From NCBI RefSeq assembly GCF_001194135.2, contig NC_068988.1, forward strand, positions 94,335,719-94,399,718: DNA of 64,000 nt, given 5' to 3'. Source of the DNA: Octopus bimaculoides. Its lineage: Eukaryota. Of the stretch, positions 52,295 to 63,289 are shown piece by piece. Position 1 is the first letter of the stretch; every line of letters begins with the position of its first letter. Below the pieces are notes generated by a model. The model did no database searches. It worked only from the letters and a program-made list of their open reading frames with translations, and was not told the DNA's origin. Both the position numbers and the translations under genes were made by a program.

Positions 52295-52401
52295 GTGTAG
52301 GAGGAGAATTCACAAAAAAGAAAAAAGACAAAGGACGAAGACAGGTGGTGTAGACAACAAACAGATGTATTAGTTTAACGATCGGAAGTGAAAAAGTCTT
52401 T
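52295..52401 (-). mobile_element. Penelope-type terminal repeat (family ii), 3' portion only
   Basis: Aligns with 56205-56306 (GACGAAGACAGGT..CAACAAACAG.TGTATTAGTTTAACG.TCGG..AAAGTCTTT); similarity stops at 52401. Confidence 0.8.
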
Positions 52402-53276
52402 GAGAGAGAAATCTAACATAAATTCACATCAGATATCGCAGTAGAAGAGAAATAAAAACATTTCCCTTAAACTTGGTTACAATATAACGCGTTGTAGACC
52501 TTATGGAAAAATGGTATATTCCATTGTTTGACGGACAGATACATTGCTTTTAAGAATCGTGGCAGCTGACATATTTGACAAAGTAAGGTATGAATAACGT
52601 CAAAGGCATCGAAAACTAAACTTTGTGGCATATTTTAAGATTTAGCTATCAATTAGTTCTTAGACGTTTATAAACACTTTTTCGAACCTGAACATTTTAT
52701 TTGGAGAATCTACATTTCTTCACGACTTACAAAGCACTAATTTGCACTTTGGTGGGATTTAGTCGCAGAATACCGAAACAGTAATATAAATATATCGTAG
52801 TATAGAATGAAAAATTGGTTATCGTTGTAATTACGTATATAAAGGAAAAACTTTAATTTTTTTATTATTTGTGTTTCTATTTTGTTTGTTCGTTTTTTGT
52901 ATTTTGTTTTTTGTGTCTCTTACAACTGTGCTGTGTATATTAAATATGAACAACATTCTTTTCAGTTTGCAATAATACAGGGATGTTGTCGCATTCATAC
53001 TTACTTTATGATTAATTTTAAGAGTTTTTAAAGTTTTTGGAGATTATTCGAAAATCGAAGACAATCAATATGTATTTATATGTGAGTGTCTGAATGTGGA
53101 CGTGCGTAGATGTGTTTGTGTGTAAACGTGCGACTGCGTATATCTAACTAGGCTAAAATTCTAAATCTATAAAATAATAAAAATATTTGCTCTACCATTA
53201 TATTTAACTGGAATGAAACCTGCTTTGATTTTTGATTCGGGAATTTCAAATAAATGCACGCGCGCACACGCACACA

Positions 53277-53311
<35 letters not shown>

Positions 53312-53832
53312 GCACATGCACACAAGCACACGCACACATACATTATATGTTCGGTGCTTTGGTGATACAAACAGGGAGGTGGATTTCAAAACATGAGTCT
53401 ATATACGGTTTTTATAAATGATCAGCAGAAGTTACAGAGTGACTCAAGAGCCGACAGTTTCGGGCATTAATTATCAAATATATATGTGTATGTGTGTGTA
53501 TGCGTATGTATGTATGTAGGTATGTATGTATGTATGTATGTATGCATGCATATGTATATATATATAATGTTTGTATCTATACATGTGTGTTTGTGTGAGT
53601 GCATGGGAATCTATATATGCCTACATACAAACATAATCACACACATACGAACACACACACACACGCACACATATGTACGTATGTGTGAGTGAATGCACGT
53701 ACAGTCTGTTCGAAGAGTTATATGAATAGACAATATCAAATACAAATAAATTTATTAAACACCTTCTCGCGAGGTGTCTATTATTCTGGCAATCGCTTTA
53801 TGGATATGAAGAACTAAAGCTGGTTAATTTCT

Positions 53833-53960
53833 CTAAATTAACTATTGCTTAACCATCCCCTCACACCGTCTCCGATGAAGAGATATAATAAATATTCTGG
53901 AAACAGCTGTAAGATCTTCTATTTATAAATGTTCTAAAATATACACAGCCTTGGTTTTTT
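53833..53960 (+). mobile_element. Penelope-type terminal repeat (family iii) with degenerate hammerhead motif at 53868-53915
   Basis: GTCT-CCGATGA-A-(irregular stem II)-GAAAC-AGCT-GTA^AGAT. The upstream 24-mer CTAAATTAACTATTGCTTAACCAT is also at 14388-14411. Confidence 0.6.
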
Positions 53961-54153
53961 TTATCTCGTTACGAAAAGTAAATCCTTATATTCACACGCT
54001 AATATATGACCTACGTTGGACCCCTTATTCGCATAATCACCGAACCTGGAGCTTAACTATGGTCAATTCATAGCACTTACTCAGCATTACCTGAAATCTC
54101 TGGGTCTAATTGACACTACTACCACTCGTAACCTCCACACGCGCATATATATA

Positions 54154-54310
54154 TTTTTCTCTCTGTTTATTTCCTCGTGTTGCTTTCTGTTGAAGAGCGT
54201 AGACTCGAAACGTAAAAGACATTCTCACCTTCCCGAGCGCCAAACTAATACACCTGCTTGTTGTTTATACACCTCTCTTCGTCTTTTGTTTTTCTGTAAA
54301 TTTCAACTAT
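54154..54310 (+). mobile_element. Penelope-type terminal repeat (family ii) with hammerhead-like motif at 54183-54218
   Basis: CTTT-CTGTTGA-A-GAGC(GTAG)ACTC-GAAAC-GTA^AAAG; reverse complement of 56205-56372. Confidence 0.78.
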
Positions 54311-54368
54311 ATATATATATATATATATATGGGTGAAGAAACGAAAGAAAGTGGCATTCAACATTATA

Positions 54369-54671
54369 NNNNNNNNNNNNNNNNNNNNNNNNNNNNNNNN
54401 NNNNNNNNNNNNNNNNNNNNNNNNNNNNNNNNNNNNNNNNNNNNNNNNNNNNNNNNNNNNNNNNNNNNNNNNNNNNNNNNNNNNNNNNNNNNNNNNNNNN
54501 NNNNNNNNNNNNNNNNNNNNNNNNNNNNNNNNNNNNNNNNNNNNNNNNNNNNNNNNNNNNNNNNNNNNNNNNNNNNNNNNNNNNNNNNNNNNNNNNNNNN
54601 NNNNNNNNNNNNNNNNNNNNNNNNNNNNNNNNNNNNNNNNNNNNNNNNNNNNNNNNNNNNNNNNNNNNNNN
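54369..54671. other. Assembly gap
   Basis: Ns. Confidence 0.99.
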
Positions 54672-54999
54672 AACAGCCTGCTCGGGAAATTAACGTGCAA
54701 GTGGCTGAGCACTCCACAGACACGTGTACCCTTAACGTAGTTCTCGGAGGATATTCAGCGTGACACAGTGTGACAAGGCTGACCCTTTCAATTACAGGCA
54801 CAACAGAAACAGGAAGTAAGAGTGAGAGAAAGTTGTGGTGGAAGAGTACAGCAGGGTTCGCCACCAACCCCTGCCGGAGCCTCGTGGAGCTTTAGGTGTT
54901 TTCGCTCAATAAACACTCACAACACCCGGTCTGGGAATCGAAACCGCGATCCTAAGACCGCGATTCCGCTGCCCTAACCACTGGGCCATTGCGCCTCCA
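54672..54999 (-). mobile_element. SINE family D2, nearly full length
   Basis: Minus head GGAGGCGCAATGGCCCAGTGGTTAGGG..GGTTTCGATTCCC. Its 5' half is shared with family D, its 3' half with 15005-15218. Confidence 0.88.
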
Positions 55000-55404
55000 A
55001 GCGCAAACATACACACACGTATTATCAAACTTTGAACTGATCCTATTTTCTCTGATAATATTTAGAGTCTATTTTTTCTACTTCAACGTCTCACCACTTC
55101 TCAAAATATAAACTAATCCAACACAGCGAAAGTCTGTGTCAAATATACGAACCTCACCATTTATTGGCTGATGTTGAATCTAGCTGTTATTTGTTTTTAT
55201 ACATTTTCTGCTGCTGATTACAATAAACTATTCTTTTTCTTCAATATTTTACAGAAATATCACTAACAAGAATTCTAAATGTGCTTCAGGATAAACGCCC
55301 GCTGAAGATATTCTCAACCAGCTCATACTGTATCGTCTTCATTTTCTCTTTGTCTGTCTCCCCCTCTCTCCTTCCCCCCTGTCTTCCTGTCTCTGTATGT
55401 CTAA

Positions 55405-55444
<40 letters not shown>

Positions 55445-56204
55445 ATCTATCTATCTATCTATCTTTCTCTCTCATACTTAGCTTCTCTTTTATTGCATTA
55501 CATATTTGTATCATAGTTTTTAATTTCTTCTCTTGCCATGAGGATAATATATAAGATATTCGATACGCATTTTGTAAAGATAGTATCATTGTTATTCCTC
55601 CGAGATTAGTCAATATGAATATAACAACTGCTCAGAATTTAAAGCACACATACATACTCATACTTTCATGCAAACACACATATAAATGATTCCCTAAGTA
55701 TCTTTAACCATATGTATGTATGCATGCATGCATGTATGCATGCATGTATGTATGTATGTATGTATGTATGTATGTATGTATATAAGAAGAGAGACGGACA
55801 AACAGAGATTTTCATTCGATAATTAAGTTTAAAGAACAAATATTCCTTATCATAATATTTGTTCTTGGACACGTTCGATATTATTTTCCAAAAATTAATG
55901 GACATATTCAGTAATTAGAAACTAATTACATTAGCTCATTATATGTTTAGAAAAGTAACCCAGGAAATGATGTTCTTCTAAGAATCTTGAAAGAAATTAC
56001 TCGTTATTTTCTTGAAATATGACATTAATTGCGTAATAACATCTATTGCCACATAGCAGTCTGTAAAATCATGATTCCTAGGATCAAGTATAAAAAACAT
56101 ATGTGTGTCAGGTGTGTGTGTGTATGTGTGTGAGTATGTGTGTGTGTGTATGTGTGTTTATACATACATATATTAAAATATAACGAAACTACATATGTAT
56201 ATAG

Positions 56205-56372
56205 GTATATAAAGTTGGAATTTACAGAAAAACTAAAGACGAAGACAGGTGTATAAACAACAAACAGGTGTATTAGTTTAACGCTCGGAAAAGTGAGAAA
56301 GTCTTTTACGTTTCGAGCCTACGCTCTTCAACAGAAAGGAACACGAGGAAATAAACAGAGAGTGAATAAAAA
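56205..56372 (-). mobile_element. Penelope-type terminal repeat (family ii)
   Basis: Reverse complement of 54154-54310. Confidence 0.8.
56303..56338 (-). ncRNA. Minimal type-I hammerhead-like motif, variant core CUGUUGA
   Basis: Minus strand: CTTT-CTGTTGA-A-GAGC(GTAG)GCTC-GAAAC-GTA^AAAG. Perfect 4-bp stems I and II and an ACGT palindrome; core position 6 is U rather than A. Confidence 0.65.
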
Positions 56373-56560
56373 ATTTTGGGAGCTAGGGGTAAATCATGGC
56401 GGCTCATAGACACAATCCGATGATGGCTTAGTTTGCTGAAACTTCGAAATCACTCTCAATACTCTTCTTCTTAAAGAATTATAAGCTTGTATTCCACAAA
56501 ATGTATTGAGCTGTTCTTCAATTTAATGTGAAATTTTTATCATAACATAAAAACACACAC

Positions 56561-56634
<74 letters not shown>

Positions 56635-56744
56635 ACAAATACACGCATATATATATAATATATGTAACTCTTACTAAATTCCTTGAGTACCTTTTTTTTT
56701 CTTTCTGGTCCCTTCACTCGTATATATGTGTATATATAGATATA

Positions 56745-57066
56745 GACGGACCCCCTTCGGTCATGAGTGACTATGGGATTGCACATGAAAGTTTCCCTCC
56801 AAGGCACAAGTCCAGGTAAGATTGTTTATGTAAGACCAGCAGTCACTCATGAATATCAGCCTCCCTTCTCCACACCACTGATGTAATCCAAGGGAAAGGC
56901 AAAGGGGTCGATACAGCTTGGCACCAGTGACGTTGCAACTCATTTCTACAGCTGAGTGAACTGGAGCAATGTGAAATAAAGTGTCTTGCTCAAGAACACG
57001 ACACACAGCACGGTCCGGGAATCAAACTCACAAATTGACGATTGTAAGCCAGAAGCCCTAACCACT
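56745..57066 (-). mobile_element. CORE-type SINE family C, long copy
   Basis: Minus strand: AGTGGTTAGGG..GAGTTTGATTCCCGG..TTCTTGAGCAAGACACTTTATTTCACATTGCTCCAGTTCACTCAGCTG and a tail ending CATGACCGAAGGGGGTCC. Confidence 0.85.
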
Positions 57067-57259
57067 GTGTGTGTATGTAAAATATGCACAATGCTCACTA
57101 AAAATACATAAACGGCATTGGTTTGTATACTACAATATCTAAATGCATCCTCGCTATAAAAACACAAGCACATCTTAAAACAGAGCAGACGTATCAGGTG
57201 TAATATAGTGCAATGTAAAGCACTAGAATTAATAACTCAGAAAATGAAACCAGTAATTC

Positions 57260-57472
57260 CTTTCTACTCTAGGTACAAGGCCCGAAATTTTTAGTGAGGG
57301 GGCCAGTCGATTAGATCGACCCCAGTACGCAACTGGTACTTAATTTATCGACCCCGAAAGGATTAAAGGCAAAGTCGACCTCGGTGGAATTTGAACTCCT
57401 AACGTAAAGACAGACGAAATAACAGTAAGCATTTCGCCCGGCGTGCTAACGTTTCTGCTAGCTCGCCGCCTT
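57260..57472 (-). mobile_element. SINE family A, full length with target-site duplication
   Basis: Flanked by GAAACCAGTAATTC (57246-57259) and GAAGCCAGTAATTC (57475-57488). Confidence 0.94.
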
Positions 57473-58140
57473 ACGAAGCCAGTAATTCTAAAACAGCAGA
57501 ACGTTATATATAGAAGTTCCAGTGAAAACAGTTACATTTGAAAGTTCAGTACGCAAAATGATACATCAGAGAAAAAAGTACAACTTTTCCCTGTCAAATG
57601 GGTAAGGGGCCATCGCAACTGAAATTTTTATAGGAGAAAAAATAAAATTCGATGGAAAACAGATCCGTTTCTCGTTTCTTCGATTCTTCGATTTTGTTAA
57701 CCTTGTGATCTCTCTCTTATCTCCCTATTATCTGTCAACGTCCACGTGACTTGCACAGTCCGAATCGACCTTATAGAATGTCACTCATGCCTGTTAACAT
57801 TTCCATTAAATGCCCTGTTTTCTTCTCTAACGAAGTGAAGTTGGTGAGCATGGTGCCTTGTACATAGTTTGTAACTAAGATTTTGGGTTCCCTGACTTCA
57901 GGATCTTGATCCGTATGTTCGCAAATTTTATCTAGATATCTTCAGTTAGCCATTACTTGAGTTTTCTTAAATGGATGCCTTCTTAAATGGATACCTTGTT
58001 TGATTTTGTTTCTAATGAATATTTCAATTAGTTTAACTCGAATTACAAATGTCTTTTATTCGCCCTTCGGCTCATAGATGTTCTCTTTATGCTTTAATAT
58101 ACACCCAGCTACCCAGCTACTTGTTACTAGCGCATGCTCT

Positions 58141-58267
<127 letters not shown>

Positions 58268-60593
58268 AATTTTAAGACATTTGTCGGGCGTTGATTTTAT
58301 TGCTAAACATAATTAAATTAAGATCTTTGAGAGAATTATAGAGAAAAAAATATATTTTGTCGTATTCGGGGCATTTTCATAACTTATAGCTAAAAAAAAA
58401 GAAGTCAATAAGAATTTATTCATGCATTTTGCAGATGATTTTGTACACTGAAAAGAGAAACGATTTGAAATTGCAGACATTTGAACGTAATCTATACACT
58501 TTATGTCTTATGCAGTCACAGTTACGGATCTATATAATTTAATTCAATTTAAATATCTGTTATTAGTCTTCGGGTTAAAGAAATTTTTGCATTGTTTGTA
58601 ATATAGAGATAGCTAGCAGAAACACGTACAACTCCTGGGTATATGGTATATATTTATTTGAATATATTATGCCCTGAATTGCTTGAAAGTTAGTTAGCCA
58701 AAAATATTATGTATGTATATATGTGTATATGTGAGCGTATCTGTGTGTCTTTGTAGTATTTGCGTGTGTGCGTGTGTGTGTGTGCGTGTGTGTGTGTGTG
58801 TATGTATGCAAGTACGTGTTTAAATGTGAGTGTATATGTCTATATCTATTATATATTTGTGTGTATGTGTGCGTGTTAATGAAAGACCTGGTAATAAAAA
58901 CACTCAGTGTTTTTATTTAAATTGTGCAATCACGCATCGTGTGTTGTACAAATAAACAATGAATGAAAGAACAAGCTTTTTAAACAAAACGCACTCTTTA
59001 ATTCATACTTACTAGATTAAAAAACAACGAATTCTGAATGATGGATAATGAATCCATTGTATTTATATAGTTTGGATCCCTTAGTGGTATGAATTATTTC
59101 GTGGTAAATTTAGGTACGTTTTCTGAGTAGGAAATGTAAAATATTTTTGTTAAAATGGTGCAACAAATAATCCCGTGAGCGTTAAAATGGATTCAATTAT
59201 TGAGAAAACTGAGAAGATAGTTTATTTGCTTCATTATGCAACTTCATTATTTCTTCATATTATGTAAATTGCGCTAACATTCATCAAAGTTTTTACAAAG
59301 TTTTCAAAATAATTATAAAGAACAAACCAAATTTTCTAAGTGATGTGAGGACGAATTTAAAGCTTCAGGCATGCACCGATAAATTTAAATATTATCAAAA
59401 TATTTCAACCTTGATTTGCTGAGATATTATTTTTATTATCATTATCCTTATCACTTTATCTCTGCTTCCAGGTAATTCGTTCTTTACTAATATGATTGTC
59501 TAATTGAAATTGTTGGACAAATATACAATTGTCATATTTATACTGTTTCATAAAATTATGGATCACTCGTAAAACTACAATACTGTCATATTTTTCATTA
59601 AACTCAGATATCTGAAATATGAATTTACTGTAGAAATTTTAAAGAGAAGCGCTCTTAGAACATGACAATCAATGTATTAATCAGTAAATTTAATGTGATA
59701 AACAGACGTCGTTTTTTTAACATTACCTAATTATATTCATTAATCGATATATGATTGGCCTTATTTTTTTTTTATCTAGCTTGACTCTCGGTTGAAGTTG
59801 AGCTTTCTACTAAATCATAATAATCGCAACGCATCGTGTTTTCACTGAAAAGTACAATGTTTCTTTTTTGCGATATTATATTTCCAAAAACCTACGTCTA
59901 CTAACAAAATACCAAATTCTTCACAGAGATACATTGTTTATTTAATATATCGAAATTATAATTGTTAATGCGGTTTTTAATGAATTGAGTTATTCAATAA
60001 ATTATAATAAACATAATTCATTCATAAAATAGGAGATTCTAGTATTAATTACAGTATATTTCGAGAAAATGAATTTGGCTACATCCTTCTTCAATCTGAA
60101 TTTATTATCGGTAAATCAATAGCATACAGCACATTTATATAGGTTAACTTCCCAGCTAAACTTAACCAAGATACATAAAGCGTCTAAATCTTAACTTGAC
60201 ATGCTAGCCGTAGGATCCAAAGGTTTTTCAAACGCACCCGGCCTTTTTAGGAAGATGGGTATCTTATATGATGTACTTTGAAGGACACGAAATATTTGGA
60301 AAACGAAGAGAAAAATCACATCTGATTTAAGGATGACATATCTAATGATTAATGGTTAAGATAGTGAAATTTAAGGAATTTTAGTTATGAGGACAGGATA
60401 GCATCAATAATTGGCGTAAAATGTATGAATGTTTAGTACTGATTGTTTCTTGGTTTAGGTAAAATGCGCAACATCCTACAAAAGGATATCTACCTCCTGA
60501 ATGTAAAATATATGTAAATGTTCCAAATTTATGTCAAGCAAACCAGAGATACAGAGAGAATGGGAAAACGTATAAGTGACTAAAAACAGCCCT

Positions 60594-60594
<1 letters not shown>

Positions 60595-60649
<55 letters not shown>
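60595..60649. repeat. (AG)n microsatellite
   Basis: Directly visible. Confidence 0.96.
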
Positions 60650-60652
<3 letters not shown>

Positions 60653-60927
60653 GGGGTGTCAGTGATTATACTTATGCAAACACGTGTTACAAAGAAAATA
60701 TTGATTCACTCCGTCCTGACAGAAAACTATCGAAAATAATCTATGAATTATTTAAAAGGCATCAAATGCATTTTAGAGCTACGACAAACGGCTAAAGGAC
60801 ATGCATTTGAACGTAAATTAATTAATTAATTAAATGAATGACAAGTTTATTCTATGCAACGCAAAACCTCCCGCACGTGGTTGGTCAATTTTTCGGAATT
60901 TATGTATGGTATGTATTTCGGCATGTA

Positions 60928-61218
60928 CAGGATGTTCAAAAAGTCTCCCCGCAGTGAATTTTTCGGTGAACGGATGATTTCGAAGGGACTTTGGCTATGA
61001 AGAGCACCTGATTCAACACCGCCAGACTTTTTTTCTGGGGAGCAAGTAAATGATCAGTGTACAAGAATTGCCCGAAAACCATTAATGAGCTAAAAGACGC
61101 AATCATAACCTTCACATGTTCCATACCGCGTCAGACTCTCCAAGATGTATTTCAAAACATGTGTAGAAGAGTCAACTTATGTATTGAAAATGAAAGACGA
61201 CACTTTCACCTCTTATAA
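60928..61218 (+). pseudogene. Tc1/mariner deletion derivative: TIR-like end joined to the transposase C-terminus
   Basis: TA|CAGGATGTTCAAAAAGTCTCC, then EFFGERMISKGLWL*RAPDSTPPDFF(fs)WG..VYKNCPKTINELKDAI..FQNMCRRVNLCIENERRHFHLL*. This matches the WPPRSPDLxPxDFFLWG motif of Tc1/mariner transposases. Confidence 0.85.
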
Positions 61219-62116
61219 AGTTTTTTTTCCCCTTGGTAATTAGAAGACTCTAGAGATGCCAAACGAAGTTTTACACTTATACCAACATTGTAAGGTTTCC
61301 TTATTTGGAAGAAATTTATTTGGGTGACATGAATCACTTGAATGTTTAAAGTGTTTCGTAAAATTAAAATTCAATCCTTATTTGTGTGGATTTGAACGAA
61401 CCATGTTGGTCGCACAAATAATTGCACTCTGAGCGGTATGTGTGTATGTATGTATATATGTGTATGTGTGTGCGCGTGTGCGTGTGCGCGTGTGTGCCTG
61501 TCTTCGTTTGTGTGTGTATATGTGAATGCGCGCACACATGCGCTATTCTTAATGTTATTATATTTTTTATGTATTTGTTTTACACTTCTGATTTCTGTCA
61601 TCGATTTCTACTATTAGATCAGTGATAGACAGACGCCAATCAACATTTCCTTTAGTATTTTTTAAGTGTCACAAAATTTATGAATTAATCGATTTATCAT
61701 CCATTCATAACCAATGAACACGTCTAAAGAAAAATTGATCTAGTCAGAGAGTTTAGTGGTGTTCGATGTTTAAGGCTGCTCTTTTATATTCATCGGTCAC
61801 TCTATTCATGTACTATTGTCTTCACAGATAAATGTGACTGGCTATATATCATGACTTATCGTATTATGGTATCACACTATTGTTCATTCATAGCTAATCT
61901 ACTGCTCACATAATAACGTTAGATGTATTGTATTCACCGAGACAATTCTAAGACGTAATCTTAAATATCCGCTAAATGCAGAGATATAAGAATTATCGGA
62001 CATCTATTCAGCGTCACCATTGTACAAAAACAGTTCGCCCATGAGCACTTATAAAGAGATTGGCTTACAATAAATAATGACACTTATAGAGTAAATAGTT
62101 TATTTTCCAAGATAAA

Positions 62117-62148
<32 letters not shown>

Positions 62149-62186
62149 CGACGACGACGATGATGACGACGATAATAATAATAATG

Positions 62187-62220
<34 letters not shown>

Positions 62221-62379
62221 CAACAACAACAAAAACAACATTTTTCTTGCTATTTCATCACCGTTCAGGAAGAAAAACAAGGCCTGTCTAAGCACTGGTG
62301 AACTCTGAAGAGTCAACGGCCATCCAAATAGTATCTCTTTATTAGTAATGCTGCTGGTGGAGCCATCGCCGCTTAGGAC

Positions 62380-62418
<39 letters not shown>

Positions 62419-62419
62419 C

Positions 62420-62631
62420 ACCCTTTCTACTAAAGGCTGCCTCTTATTTTGGGGGAGGAGACTAGTCGATTACATTGACCCCAGTGTTTAAGTGGTACTA
62501 AGTTTATCGACCCGGAAGGATGAAAGGCAAAGTCGACCTCGGGTGGAATTTGAACGCAGAACGTAACGACGGACGAAATGCCGCTAAGCATTTTGCCCGG
62601 CGTGTTAATGATTCTGCCACCTCGCCACCTT
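62420..62631 (-). mobile_element. SINE family A, full length
   Basis: Between (TAG)n and (AAT)n; head, core and tail are all present. Confidence 0.9.
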
Positions 62632-62634
62632 TCT

Positions 62635-62678
<44 letters not shown>

Positions 62679-62692
62679 TAATAATAATAATA

Positions 62693-63046
62693 ATGTGCTA
62701 TATAGTTGATGTGCTATATGTTGGCCCACGAATAATCAAGAAGGAAGGCGAAAAGATGGATAAATACAACCCTCTTATGTTCGAAATAGTCCGGCTATGG
62801 AAAATGAAGAAAGTGAAGATAGTGCCAATTATTGTTGGGTCCCTGGGAATAGTACCAGAAGGCATCGAGAGGAATATAAAGGAAATTGGAATAGAGTGCC
62901 CAGTAGAACTGCTACAAAACGTTTGCCTTCTTGGCACAGCCAAAATAATCAGAAAAGTATTAGATTGCTGAAAAGAACGGATAGCATTGTACCGTAGACT
63001 GTAGGCAGCAAACCCGCTACGCATGTATGACTCCAGGAGCTGCAAC
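62693..63046 (+). pseudogene. R4/Dong-clade element, 5'-truncated 3' end (RLE endonuclease C-terminus plus 3'UTR)
   Basis: IVDVLYVGPRIIKKEGEKMDKYNPLMFEIVRLWKMKKVKIVPIIVGSLGIVP..LLQNVCLLGTAKIIRKVLD*. The KExEKxxKY and GxLGxVP..LLGTAxIxRKVL motifs of RLE elements are present. Starts directly after (AAT)n. Confidence 0.9.
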
Positions 63047-63048
63047 AA

Positions 63049-63285
63049 AAGGCGGCGAGCTGGCAGAAACGTTAGCAGGCCGGGCGAAATGCTTAGCCCT
63101 ATTTCGTCTGTCTTTACGTTCTGAGTTCAAACTCCGCCAAGGTCGACTTTGACTTTCATCCTTTCGGGGTCGATAAATTAAGTACCAGTTACGCACTGGA
63201 GTCGATGTAATCAACTTAATCTCTTTGTCTGTCCTTGTTTGTCCCCTCTATGTTTAGCACCTTGTGGGCAATAAAGAAATTAGAA
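63049..63285 (+). mobile_element. SINE family A with a third tail variant
   Basis: Standard head and core; tail TCTTTGTCTGTCCTTGTTTGTCCCCTCTATGTTTAGC..TTGTGGGCAATAAAGAAAT. Confidence 0.9.
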
Positions 63286-63289
63286 ATAA

